Assembly: GCA_963727525.1 (NCBI GenBank)
Contig: CAVSGO010000005.1
Span: 96,001 to 160,000 of the forward strand
Direction of reading: 5' to 3'
From: an uncultured bacterium
GTDB taxonomy: Bacteria; Krumholzibacteriota; Krumholzibacteriia; LZORAL124-64-63
Length of the DNA: 64,000 nucleotides
Position numbers and translations under genes: made by a program. Positions 30,072-41,441 of this stretch are shown here, one piece after another. The notes beneath the pieces were generated by a model. That model was not told the origin of the DNA and did not search any database. It saw only the letters and a list, made by a program, of their open reading frames with translations. Positions within the stretch are counted from its first letter, which is position 1. Every line of letters begins with the position of its first letter.

Positions 30072-31806
30072 GCATCCGCACGCGTATCCTCCTGGGCGCC
30101 GTGCTGTTGATCGTGGTGCCGCTCGCCGCGCTCACGAGCGTGGTGCGCCAGCGCCTCGCGTCCCGCGAGTCGGGCCGCTTCACCGCGCTCGTCGACGATC
30201 AACTCGCCCGCGCGTCGGGCGTGCTCAGCCAGGAAGCCACCCGCGTGCAGCAACGGCTCGCCGCGCTCGCGCGCGCCACCGGCGACGACGACCGCCTGCG
30301 CCTCGCCCTCGTCGGCGGGCGCGACGACCTGCGCCCCTACGTGCGGGACTACGCCGGCTTCGCCCGCGATCTGACGGGTCTCGAGGTGCTCCAGCTCCAG
30401 GATTCCGCGGGCCGGATCCTCAGCTCCGGACACTATCGCAACGAGTACGATCGGCGTGAGCCGGCCCTGCCCCGCCTGCTCCGCGAAACCGCTTGGGCCC
30501 GCCTGCCCGCCACCGGTGCGACCACCGGAGCGATGGTCGTCGATCGCGATCCCGACGGCACGTTCCTCGCCCTCGAACACGCCGAGACGCTGACGCTCGG
30601 CGGCCAGGGCTTCACGCTGGTGGGCGGCGTGCGCGTGACCGCAAGCTCGCTGAGCGCGTTGCGCCAGTCACCGCTCCTGAACCTCGTCATCGTGGCCGAC
30701 GACGGTCCGCTCGTGGGCGTGGAACCGCTGCCCCGCGCCTTCGCCGATTTCCGGGCCTGGAACGATGGCGAAGCCTTGCGGGAGCAGTCCACCACCGCCG
30801 GCTTCGCCGCCGCCGCATGGGCCATCCCCCTGGTGCGCGACGACGCGCTGCAGTGGGCGCACCTGCTGGTGACGTACCCGCGCGCGCCACTGCGGCGACG
30901 CTTACGTGAGCTCGACATGACGCTCGGACTCGCACTGTTGATCACGCTGGCGGGAGCCCTGCTCCTCGCCCTCTGGGTAGCCGATCGTCTCAGCCATCCG
31001 CTGCGCGACCTCGCACGCCGGGCGGAGAAGGTCGATCTCGCCGCTCCCGGGCCGCCCCTGGCCAGGGGACGGCGCGACGAGGTGGGCCGTCTGGCCACCG
31101 TGCTCGACGCGATGATCGCGCGCCTGCGCGAGGGTGCGCTGCGCCTGCAAGATGCCGAGCGCCGTGCCACCCAGGGAGAGATTGCCCGGCAGGTGAACCA
31201 CGACGTACGTAACGGGCTCACCCCGCTGCGCAACGTGTTCCGGCATCTCATCGAGGTGGCCGAGCGCGAGCCACAGGCGTTGCCGGCCATCCTCGCCGAG
31301 CGTCGCGGCACGCTGGAGAGCGGACTCTCGTACCTCGAGGATCTCGCCTCGAACTACGCCCGCCTGTCGCCCCCCCGACGCCGGGAGTCGTGCGATCTCG
31401 TGGCCATCGCCCGCGCGGCAGCGGCCACCGCCGCGCCCGCCACGGTGCTGGCCGACGACGACCTGCCGCCCGTCGTGGCCGATCCGGTGAGCCTGCGCCG
31501 CATCCTCGACAACCTCCTGCGCAACGCCCAGGACGCGCTGCCTGGCGATGGCGGCACCATCACGGTGACCCTGCGCCGCGCCGGCGATGCCCTGGTGTGT
31601 GAGATCGCCGACAACGGACGAGGTATTGCGCCGGCCGATCAGGAGCGCATCTTTCAGGACTTCTACACCACCAAGGCGCACGGCACCGGCCTGGGCCTGA
31701 GCAACGTGCGCCGGCTGGTCGCCGATTGCGGCGCCCACATCGCCGTGCGGAGCGCGGAGAACGAGGGCACCACCTTCACCATCACCCTGCCCGCGGAGGC
31801 CGACGC

Positions 31807-31810
<4 letters not shown>
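30068..31810 (+). CDS. HAMP-domain sensor histidine kinase
   Basis: Two TM segments; HAMP DEVGRL; H-box QVNHDVRN; NLLRNA, DNGRGI, FYTTK, GTGLGL. Confidence 0.92.
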
Positions 31811-33156
<1,346 letters not shown>

Positions 33157-33224
33157 CCCACGACGCCCCGACCCAGATCACGCCGCCGCGGATCAGGTAC
33201 CGCCGTCGCCGCGATGCGCCCCGG

Positions 33225-33551
33225 TCAGAACAGGCTGTCGACAGCGCGAATGAGGTCGCCCAGGGCGATCGGCTTCAGGAGGAAGTCCTCGCACCCGCAG
33301 GAACGGGCCTGCTCGGCATCGAGCCGATCGCTGTACCCCGAGCAGACGATCACTGGCACGTCCGGTCGCAGGGCGCGCACCTCGCGCACCAGCTCGTCGC
33401 CGGTGAGGTCCGGCATGGTCTGGTCCGAGATGATCGCATCGTAGGCATCGGGTTGGGCCAGGAATCGGGTCAAGGCTTCCCGGCTGCTCGTGAACATCGT
33501 GGTCCGGTAACCGCACGATTCCAGCAGGGTGAGCACCAGATTGAAAAGGAC
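33225..33551 (-). pseudogene. N-terminally truncated response-regulator receiver domain
   Basis: IISDQTMPDLTG, VIVCSGY and FLLKP are present, but beta1 with the acidic pair is missing; in-frame TAG at 33552-33554. Confidence 0.6.
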
Positions 33552-33589
33552 CTAGCAAGGGGAATGCCGGGTGCCTACGAGGCGGGCAG

Positions 33590-34732
33590 TCAGCGGTCGA
33601 TGTAGCCGTCCGGGTGGTCGAGGGCGAAGGACGCCGCGCTTGCCACGGGTGCCGCCCCTACCGCCCGCGCGGGTCGGCGCCGCACTTCGGCCGCCACCGT
33701 GCGCACGCGATCGCCTGTGGCATAGAACGCCCGCAAGTCCATGGCCGCCATGCGTTCGCGAACCCGGGCCACGAGTGCGAACGCATCGCGCTCGGCCGAG
33801 AGGCCGCCCGCCAGCGGGCTCGTGTACCAGTGCGCACGCTGATCAAAGAGGGAAAAGAGAAGCCTGACGCTCGAATCGGTCTGGGCAGCGACCAGAGCGT
33901 CCTCGAAGGCGAGCAGGCGCGCCGCTGCCGCGTTCAACAGGAATTCCGCGTCCGGACGCTGGGCCGTCGTGTCGGCATAGACGACGAGGTCCTGCACAGT
34001 CTGCGGATCATAGGACACGATGGTGCCCAGGATGGGCGCCCACCGCTGGTCTCCTGCAAATTCGTCCTGCAACTCCTCGTAGCGACTCGCCACGCTCGGA
34101 TCGGCGGCGAAGGTGGCAGGATCCACTACCTGCGGTCTCTCGCCCCGCTCGATCCGCGCGAGGAGGAGCGGCTCCTGCTGCGTCAACGACGCGCCGAATG
34201 CGACGATCGCATCCGGATAGTCGGGCAGGATCGACTGCGCTGGCGGGTCGAAGACGTCGAAACACCCGGGCCGCTCGACGAGGGGCAACAGGCACGACAG
34301 GTGGTCATACGAGTCGTGGACCAGGCGCAACGTCTCACGCGCCGCATCCGGCGGGGCGATCCGGCCCGCGAGATCGAGCGTGTCCCGGTACAACCCCGCC
34401 TCGAGCGCGCGCAGACGGTAGTTGAACAGGGCCCAGAGCAGGTGCGGCCACAGGTCTTCGCGCAGGCTGCGGAGCATGCTCTGCTGGTTCTGGGGCGATG
34501 TGAATTCCGCGGGATGGAGGGCGTCGAACCTGGCCTGCGCCGCGGTGAGAGAGCGCTCGAGTCCGGCGAGATCACGAGTTTGCAGACAGTGATTCGCCGC
34601 GGTATCGTCGACGAGTACATTCGCGCGGGTCCGTGGACTCGCGGACTGGGCCCTGGCGGGTGCGATCAGGACGGTGGCCGATGACAGGATGGTGGCCGCG
34701 ACGAGAATCACGATGAGGTTGCGGGAACGCAT
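33590..34732 (-). CDS. Hypothetical exported, mainly helical protein
   Basis: Signal peptide MRSRNLIVILVAATIL...ARAQ; no family recognised. Confidence 0.6.
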   Translation of the reverse strand: MRSRNLIVILVAATILSSATVLIAPARAQSASPRTRANVLVDDTAANHCLQTRDLAGLERSLTAAQARFDALHPAEFTSPQNQQSMLRSLREDLWPHLLWALFNYRLRALEAGLYRDTLDLAGRIAPPDAARETLRLVHDSYDHLSCLLPLVERPGCFDVFDPPAQSILPDYPDAIVAFGASLTQQEPLLLARIERGERPQVVDPATFAADPSVASRYEELQDEFAGDQRWAPILGTIVSYDPQTVQDLVVYADTTAQRPDAEFLLNAAAARLLAFEDALVAAQTDSSVRLLFSLFDQRAHWYTSPLAGGLSAERDAFALVARVRERMAAMDLRAFYATGDRVRTVAAEVRRRPARAVGAAPVASAASFALDHPDGYIDR

Positions 34733-34789
34733 GGGGCTCGCCTTCCAGAGACGGAATCCCGTTCGTGATATCCGGGATCGTATCACAGA

Positions 34790-34812
34790 AGAGCCCTCAT
34801 GACGAGGGCTCT
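34790..34812 (-). terminator. Hairpin downstream of the FlgD-Ig protein gene
   Basis: AGAGCCCTC-ATGAC-GAGGGCTCT. Confidence 0.5.
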
Positions 34813-34832
34813 CTTGATCCGAATTCGTATGG

Positions 34833-36431
34833 TCACTTGACCATCGTCACCGTCCGCTCCAGCACCCTCTCGGGGGTCGTCAGGGTAACGCGGTAGACGC
34901 CACTGGCCAGAGGTCGTCCCCCGGCATCGCGTCCGTCCCAGGACCAGCGCGATTCCCCGGCAGGCGCCGCCCCGTCGCGCAGCACGCGCACCAGGCGGCC
35001 CTTGACATCGAAGATGCTCACACGGACCGGACCGGCATGGCTGAGGTTGGCCATCAGCTCGAGCCGCGGATTGAACGGATTGGGCGCCGCCGACAGGCGT
35101 AGCGACCGGTCGGCCGGAGGCGTGCCCGGCGCAATGTCGCCCTCCGTGCTCACAGGGTCCTCCTCGGGCGCCAGCCACCGCACGACGAATTCGTCGCCGT
35201 TCGCCGGATCGCCGTCGCGATCGAACGCGCGCCCCTCGTACGCGAGGCGCATCCGCCCCGCCTCGAGGAGCAGGTCGTCGAGGGTGGCCCCCGCCACCAT
35301 GGCGAACGCGACACTCAGCGACTCCCCGGGCGCCAGGCTCGCGAAAGGGCCGACCCCGATCAGAACGCGATAATCGTCCGGCTCCACGGTGCCGGCATCG
35401 AAACTCGTCGACGATAGAGCATCGTAGCGCTCGTTGTCGTTCGTCGGATCGCCACCGTCGACGTATGAGAGGCTGCCGGCGAAGTGCCGGAAACCGCGAG
35501 CTCCCACGCTGGTCGGTGCCGTGGCGCCGGTCGGATCCGTGGGGTGACCGAGGACGGCCCATCCCATGTAGCCCGACGTCGTGCGGCCCACGCCTTCCAC
35601 CATGTAGGCCACATCCACCGTGGCGGTCTGACCGGGATACGGTTCCACGGTTCCGCTGATGAAGCCTGCCATATCGTCCACGCCCTCGTTCAAACCCGGC
35701 GGGTCGTTGATGTCGAAGTCGCTGAACATGCCGACGTACACATCGTCGATCGTCGCGTCGCCCACGTTGTGCAGCGTGTACTCGAATCCCACACCATCGG
35801 CCAGCTCGTCGTAGGTCCACTGCACGGACTGCTGCGCGACGTCGAGATCCAGGGGTACGTGGTCGGGGTAGACGTCCGTCGCGTGCATGTCGTCCATCTC
35901 GGCCCGGAAGTGCTGATCCGCAATGCCGGCGTCATCCTCGTCCACGAGGCCGTCCCCGTCGTCGTCTCGTCCGTTGAACGGGTCCTCGTTCTCGAGGCCG
36001 TCGCTGTCGTCGTCGGCGAAGGGTAGCGGATAGCGGGATGCCTGCGGGGCGCCGTAGGAGAGGCGGTAGATCGTCGCCTCCGGTCCGTCCAGCGGCCGGA
36101 ACTCGGTCGCGTACTGACCGGTCGATACATGCGTCTCGCCATTCAGGACGCCGCCGACCCAGAGCCCCGCGGCGAAGAGATGGTCGATCCCGTCGGCCCC
36201 GGGCCAGCGGCCTGAAGGCGCGTCGGCGAAGCTCGAAGGCGCCGAATACTGGGACCCGATGAGCCCCCAGTTCGTGATATTCACCTGCAGACGTCCGACA
36301 TCGTGGACGAACGAACCGTCGATGACCACGTCCCTGTGGATGGAGCTGTCGACCGGCGCCGCCGCGATCAGGGCGAACCCGAAGGCAACGGTCAAGAGCC
36401 CGATCCCGAGAACTTTCGGCAAGCGTGTCAT
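34833..36431 (-). CDS. Secreted protein with acidic Ca-binding-like loop and FlgD-Ig C-terminal domain
   Basis: Signal peptide; HDVGRL...TNWG, LFAAGLWVG; DDDGDGLVDED; APNPFNP...WDGRDAGGRPLASGVY. Start 36431 or 36449. Confidence 0.8.
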   Translation of the reverse strand: MTRLPKVLGIGLLTVAFGFALIAAAPVDSSIHRDVVIDGSFVHDVGRLQVNITNWGLIGSQYSAPSSFADAPSGRWPGADGIDHLFAAGLWVGGVLNGETHVSTGQYATEFRPLDGPEATIYRLSYGAPQASRYPLPFADDDSDGLENEDPFNGRDDDGDGLVDEDDAGIADQHFRAEMDDMHATDVYPDHVPLDLDVAQQSVQWTYDELADGVGFEYTLHNVGDATIDDVYVGMFSDFDINDPPGLNEGVDDMAGFISGTVEPYPGQTATVDVAYMVEGVGRTTSGYMGWAVLGHPTDPTGATAPTSVGARGFRHFAGSLSYVDGGDPTNDNERYDALSSTSFDAGTVEPDDYRVLIGVGPFASLAPGESLSVAFAMVAGATLDDLLLEAGRMRLAYEGRAFDRDGDPANGDEFVVRWLAPEEDPVSTEGDIAPGTPPADRSLRLSAAPNPFNPRLELMANLSHAGPVRVSIFDVKGRLVRVLRDGAAPAGESRWSWDGRDAGGRPLASGVYRVTLTTPERVLERTVTMVK

Positions 36432-36650
36432 GTGTGGCCCCCTAGTCATCAACGTGTCCCCGTGGCTTGCCGCGCTTGATGGTACGGATCCCGTCCGCCA
36501 GGAACAAACCGCGGGACCGTGTCCCCATGGACACATGCTTGTGTGTCCGGTTGCACACACGCGGCTCGCAGGCGCCGTCGCCTCCGAATATGCTATCACA
36601 TAAGATTATATTCTACACTGGGTTATTATCGAAATCCAGCGACGACGATC

Positions 36651-36666
36651 TGGTGCCCGACTTGCG
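36651..36666 (+). promoter_or_regulatory. Sigma54 -24/-12 promoter for the TPR gene
   Basis: TGGTGCCCGACTTGCG (GG-N10-GC with TTGC), preceded by an AT-rich tract, about 60 nt before the ATG. Confidence 0.6.
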
Positions 36667-36727
36667 ATGAGGTGGGTGTTCACCCGCAAGCCGATCGCGC
36701 CACCGGCGCAGAGAGAAGGAGCCCGCC

Positions 36728-37813
36728 ATGAAGAAGCAGATCACCGAGCTGCCGGTCGATGGAAACCGCCGCATGAAATTCGTCGAGGCCGGAATGCTGT
36801 TCGTGCTCGCCCTCGGCCTCACCGTGTTCCTCGGGCTGAAGGTGCTGCAGGGCGACGGCGCATCCGACGCGCCCGCCGTGAGCCAGGTGGGCACGGAGGC
36901 CGCCTGGCAAGCCCCGGCGGAGGTCGCCACGGCCAGTGTCGCCGATAGCGTGGCTCCGGAACCTGACGTCGCGGTGGAAGCCGCGGCCCCAGCACCTGAG
37001 CTTCCCACCCTGATCACGTATGCCAACGCCGAAGCCGCGTACTTCGCTCACCACTATGACGAAGCGGCTGAGATGTTCGCGCAGTACTGCGACGCGCATG
37101 CGGAGAATGCCTGGGGCCACTACATGCACGGGCTCGCGCTCTGGAAGGCCGGCCACGATGACGACGCGGCCACCGCTTTCCACGCGGCGCTCGCGCTCAA
37201 GCCGGACCACCTGAAGAGCCTCGTCAATCTCGCCCGCGTGGAACTGGAGCGCGGTGACGCCGAGGCGGCCCTCGCCTCCGTGCAAGCAGCCGTCGATCTC
37301 GCGCCCGACGACGTCGCCGCCCGCCGCGTGCTCGGCCGCGCCTACCACAGCCTCGGCCAGCGCGACGCCGCCAGCGAGGCCTACGTGGAGGTGCTGCGCA
37401 GCCAGCCGGACGACGTCTGGACACTGAACAATCTCGGCCTGGTGCGCATCGAGCAGGAGCGGTACGGCGACGCCCTGCCCGCCCTCGCCCGCGCAGCGAC
37501 CCTGGCACCCGACGTGGCAGTGATCCAGAACAACCTGGGCATGGCGCTCGAGTGCACGGGACATCTCGCCCAGGCGAAGTCGGCCTACGCGGCCGCCCTC
37601 GACCGCGATGGCCGCGCCGCACACGCCGAGGCCAATCTCATCCGCATCGAGGATCTCGGTGATCTGCCGGTGTCCGATCCCGTGGACCTGGCTGCACTCG
37701 GCGCTACCTTCACCGTGACGCCCCCGGCCACACCGGTGGCCCCTTCAACCGCTGCCGTCGCGGCCGTCACGATCGCCCCGGATTCCGGATCGCAGAAGAG
37801 CGAGACCGAGTAG
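36728..37813 (+). CDS. Membrane-anchored TPR-repeat protein
   Basis: One TM segment, Ala/Pro linker, about 6 TPRs (LNNLGL, QNNLGMAL); AAGGAG RBS. Confidence 0.88.
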   Translation: MKKQITELPVDGNRRMKFVEAGMLFVLALGLTVFLGLKVLQGDGASDAPAVSQVGTEAAWQAPAEVATASVADSVAPEPDVAVEAAAPAPELPTLITYANAEAAYFAHHYDEAAEMFAQYCDAHAENAWGHYMHGLALWKAGHDDDAATAFHAALALKPDHLKSLVNLARVELERGDAEAALASVQAAVDLAPDDVAARRVLGRAYHSLGQRDAASEAYVEVLRSQPDDVWTLNNLGLVRIEQERYGDALPALARAATLAPDVAVIQNNLGMALECTGHLAQAKSAYAAALDRDGRAAHAEANLIRIEDLGDLPVSDPVDLAALGATFTVTPPATPVAPSTAAVAAVTIAPDSGSQKSETE

Positions 37814-37894
37814 ACAGAAATGCCGAGGAGTGCCGCCACCACGACGCACGACGGCCGCCGGATCTCCCCGGCGGCCGTCGCGTGGAGTCCAGGA

Positions 37895-38272
37895 TCAGCT
37901 GAATATCGACCAGTCGAGCTGCGGCAGAGTCGCCTTCAGTTCCGTGAAGTCATCGCGCAGCCGCGCCACCAGTGCTGCCGCCCCGGTCAAGGAGCCGCCC
38001 TTGGCGAGCAACTCGAGCTCCCGCGCGGTGTCCGCGATGCGCACGGCGCCGACGTTGCTGGCGCCGCCCTTGAGGCCGTGCGCCTGCAGGCAGACGGTCG
38101 CCACGTCGCCCGCGGCCACGATGGTGGCGAGGTCATCGATCTGCTGGGGCGTGAGATCCATGAAGAAATCCAGAACCTCCCGGAGCAGGCCGCAGTCGCC
38201 GCCGAGATTTTCCAGCGTGGTCTCGATGTCGAATACACGCGCGATCTCGGGTGCGATGTCCAGAGTCGCCAT
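37895..38272 (-). CDS. Stand-alone Hpt phosphotransfer protein
   Basis: AHGLKGGASNVGA motif; GGAGG RBS. Confidence 0.9.
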   Translation of the reverse strand: MATLDIAPEIARVFDIETTLENLGGDCGLLREVLDFFMDLTPQQIDDLATIVAAGDVATVCLQAHGLKGGASNVGAVRIADTARELELLAKGGSLTGAAALVARLRDDFTELKATLPQLDWSIFS

Positions 38273-38367
38273 GGGTGCCTCCTGCCTCAATCCTTCGAGC
38301 GCGACGCCGGATCCTCCGGCGCCTTCCAATCCCGCCACGATTGGTATCGTCCCTTGCCGGCGGGACT

Positions 38368-39747
38368 TTATACCGAGGGATCGCTTTTTGCCGCCGTCTT
38401 GCGCGAGGTCTTCTTGGCCTTCTTCGCAGCCTTCTTGGCCGTCGTCCCGTTCGCCGCCTTGTCCACCGCCTTGGCGGCCTTCTTCGCCGTCTTCCTCGCA
38501 GCCGTCTCGGCCTTCGGTTCGGCTGGCGTCTTCTTGGCCGTCTTCTTGGAAGTCTTGCGGCTCCCCCTGCCTGAGGTCGTCCCGGCCGTGCTCGTCCCGG
38601 CCGTGGTCGTGGTCGCCGGTTCGGGCGCCGGACGCTCCGCGGGGGCCGCACCCGCCGCCGGCGACGGCGCGGGATCCTGCGCGGGACCGGGTTCGCTGCC
38701 CGACTCGGCGGTCGCCGGCTCACCCGACGATGCCGCTCGCCGGCGCCGCGAGGAACGCCGGCGCGAGCGACGCGGCGTCTTGCCTTCGCCCGTCGCGGCC
38801 GTGTCGCCGCTGGCGGCGCTCGCTTCCACGGGTGCCTCGGTCGTGGATTCCGTCGTCGCCTCGGTCGAGCTCGCGTCCGACCGCGCCGCCTCGGGACCGC
38901 CGTTGCGATCGCGCTCACGGCGCCGGCCGCGGCGGGCCTTCGTGCGCGTGGCGAGCGGGGCGCCGGTGATTGCGTTGAGTTCGGTCTTGCCGATGCCCAG
39001 CACCACGAGGGTGCCCCCGGCACGGCTGTCGCGCTCGACAGCGAGCAGCCCGTGGTCGCGCATGTCCTCGAGCAGATCCCCGAAGGTGGCGTAGCCGTAG
39101 TTGGTCTCGTTGAAGTCGGGCTGCTTGCGCTTCATCGTGTCCTTGACGAGCGACGAGTACAGCACGCCGCGGCTCTCCTGCAGCAGACTCTGCGTGGTGG
39201 CCAGCAGGAAATCGAAGAGGGCCCGCTTCTCCCGCGGCACCGACGCCACCTTCTCGCTCAGTTTGATGACGGTGGACTGGTAGATGTCGTCGTAGAAGAT
39301 CCACTCGTCGCAATTGGCGATGAGCAGATGGCTGCTGCTGTTGCGCACGCCGATACCGATGACGCGCTTGTTGTTCTCGCGCAGCTTGGAGACCAGGGGC
39401 GAGAAATCGGAATCGCCGGACACGAGCACGAAGGTGTCGATGTGATCCTTCGAGTAGCAGAGGTCGATGGCGTCCACCACCATGCGGATATCGGCGCTGT
39501 TCTTGCCCGAGATCTTGGGCATCGGCACCTCGATCAGTTCGATCGCCGCCTCGTGGAGCGAGGTCATGTGCTCCTTGTAATAGTGCCAGTCGGCGTACGC
39601 GCGCTTGACCACCACCTTGCCCTTCTCGAGGATCCGCTGCAGAAGGGTGTGGCAGTCGAAGCGCATGCGGGCATCGCGCGCGCCCAGCGCGACATTGTCG
39701 AAGTCGATGAAGAGTGCGAGATTTCTATCGCTGGGTTGTGTGCTCAT
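38368..39747 (-). CDS. NYN-domain protein with OST-HTH/LOTUS domain and long basic low-complexity tail
   Basis: LFIDFDN, GKNSADIRMVVDA, VSGDSDF; PDFNETNYGYATFGDLL; KKTAKK/KKAAK repeats. Confidence 0.9.
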   Translation of the reverse strand: MSTQPSDRNLALFIDFDNVALGARDARMRFDCHTLLQRILEKGKVVVKRAYADWHYYKEHMTSLHEAAIELIEVPMPKISGKNSADIRMVVDAIDLCYSKDHIDTFVLVSGDSDFSPLVSKLRENNKRVIGIGVRNSSSHLLIANCDEWIFYDDIYQSTVIKLSEKVASVPREKRALFDFLLATTQSLLQESRGVLYSSLVKDTMKRKQPDFNETNYGYATFGDLLEDMRDHGLLAVERDSRAGGTLVVLGIGKTELNAITGAPLATRTKARRGRRRERDRNGGPEAARSDASSTEATTESTTEAPVEASAASGDTAATGEGKTPRRSRRRSSRRRRAASSGEPATAESGSEPGPAQDPAPSPAAGAAPAERPAPEPATTTTAGTSTAGTTSGRGSRKTSKKTAKKTPAEPKAETAARKTAKKAAKAVDKAANGTTAKKAAKKAKKTSRKTAAKSDPSV

Positions 39748-39866
39748 AGGGACCCTCCCTGGTCCTACTCTCGCGAATGGGATAGAATGCATGCTGGCAC
39801 AACCATACAGCATGACTCGCCCGCTGCCCAGCGCGACGATGAGAATTCGCCTTCAGGAGGACAGCC

Positions 39867-41021
39867 ATGGCCGCCACCATGACCGCCGAGGATCTGCAAC
39901 AGCTCGTGCAACGCGTCTTCAGCCCCGGACCCGCCGACCGGGGCCTGGCCATTCTGGCCGACGTGCCCGATGACGCGTGCCCGGACCACCCAGACTGGGC
40001 CGCGCGACGACGCCTGGCTGCCGACTGGGCGGCCCGTCTGCAGGAGAGCCAGGCGGACCTCGGTCTCGAGCGCGTGACGCTGGCCTGGTATCCGAACGTC
40101 GGCAGCAACAACGCCGATCTGCCGGCGCGCTGCGTGCCCGGCGACCCGGCGACGGTGCCTGGCCACGTCGCCGACCTCGTGGGCCGGGACACGCTGCCGA
40201 TCGCCGACCTCCTGGCCGACCACAGCCTGGTCCTCGCCCCCACCGAGCTGTCGGCCACGGCGCCACTGAAGGTCGCCGCGCGCGGCGGCGCCTTCCGCGC
40301 CGCCACCATGCCCGGATTCCTGCCCTCCATGATCCCCGCGCTGAAGCTCGACTACCTGGAGATCAACCGGCGTGTCACGATCCTGAAGGAGATCTGCGAC
40401 CAGGCCGAATCGGCGCTCCTCACCTTGCGCGCCGACGGCGACCTGCACACGCTGACGCTCGACCTACGCCACCGCACCGCCCACGCCAGCGGCGGTCTCT
40501 TCCCTCGCAACGGCGTCGCGGGCAACCTGCCCTCCGGCGAGGCCTACATCGTCCCTTACGAGGGCGAGCGCGTGAGCGACGCCAGCCGCACCGCGGGGAC
40601 CCTGCCCCTGCAGCTCGGCGACGAGATCGCGGTGCTCGTGATCAGGGAGAACCGCGTCGTCGAGGTCCTCGGCGACGGCAAGGCCGCGCGCGACGAGGCC
40701 GACCATTTTCGGCGCGAGCCCGCGTATGCGAACGTGGCCGAGCTGGGGCTGGGGGTACTCGGGGACTTCGGCTTGCAACCCAGCGGGAGCATCCTGCTCG
40801 ACGAGAAGCTCGGACTCCACGTGGCCTTCGGCCGCAGCGACCATTTCGGGGGATTTGTCGGTCCGGCCGACTTCACGAGCCCGCACTCGGTCATCCATCT
40901 CGACCGGGTCTACATACGCGGCACCCAGCCGCGTATCACGGTAGCGGAGGTGTGCCTCGATAGTCCCGAGGGTCGCAGCGTGATCATGCGCGACGGTCGA
41001 TACACCGACGTCTTCGATTGA
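39867..41021 (+). CDS. M29-like (thermophilic metalloprotease) aminopeptidase
   Basis: ATMPGF, GNLPSGEAY, AELGLG, LLDEK...HVAFG, HLD; AGGAGG RBS. Confidence 0.8.
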   Translation: MAATMTAEDLQQLVQRVFSPGPADRGLAILADVPDDACPDHPDWAARRRLAADWAARLQESQADLGLERVTLAWYPNVGSNNADLPARCVPGDPATVPGHVADLVGRDTLPIADLLADHSLVLAPTELSATAPLKVAARGGAFRAATMPGFLPSMIPALKLDYLEINRRVTILKEICDQAESALLTLRADGDLHTLTLDLRHRTAHASGGLFPRNGVAGNLPSGEAYIVPYEGERVSDASRTAGTLPLQLGDEIAVLVIRENRVVEVLGDGKAARDEADHFRREPAYANVAELGLGVLGDFGLQPSGSILLDEKLGLHVAFGRSDHFGGFVGPADFTSPHSVIHLDRVYIRGTQPRITVAEVCLDSPEGRSVIMRDGRYTDVFD

Positions 41022-41050
41022 GCGCGGGGCCACGTTCCCGAACGCGACCA

Positions 41051-41084
41051 AGAGGGCCCCGCCGGCGTGCCGGCGGGGCCCTCT
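41051..41084. terminator. Perfect 16-bp inverted-repeat hairpin
   Basis: AGAGGGCCCCGCCGGC-GT-GCCGGCGGGGCCCTCT, 30 nt after the aminopeptidase stop. Confidence 0.65.
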
Positions 41085-41441
41085 CGATAAGGGCCGGGAC
41101 CATTCCGGTTTGGCTCTCGCCCAAAGCCACCCGGAGCTCCCGGTCCCGGCCGGGATCTGTTTTCAACAGGTAAACGATGAATCGGTGTCCGTAAAGAATT
41201 ATTTAGATTTTTTTAAGGAAAGTATCGACTCATTCCAGGGACCGACCCGACAAAGGGTTGCGCAACTAGTAAATTATTGTCGTTTGGGCACTTACCAAAC
41301 AAAGTCCCGGGGTTTGGGTGCGGGCACCCACCCCGGGGCACGTCAGGACCAGAAGCGCACAACCCTCCGGGCGGGTGCGCTGTCATGAAACAGCCTGCGC
41401 CGGAAGCCGTTGCACCCTCCCGCGCCTATCCCCAGGGGCGG

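Noticed and set aside
38390-38560. Repeated TTCTTGGCC/TTCTTCGC units
   Set aside because: Coding repeats of the KKAAK tail; no repeat-spacer structure and no cas genes, so not CRISPR.
41110-41388. 92-aa ORF in the convergent intergenic region
   Set aside because: TTG start without an RBS, atypical codon usage and no recognisable motif.
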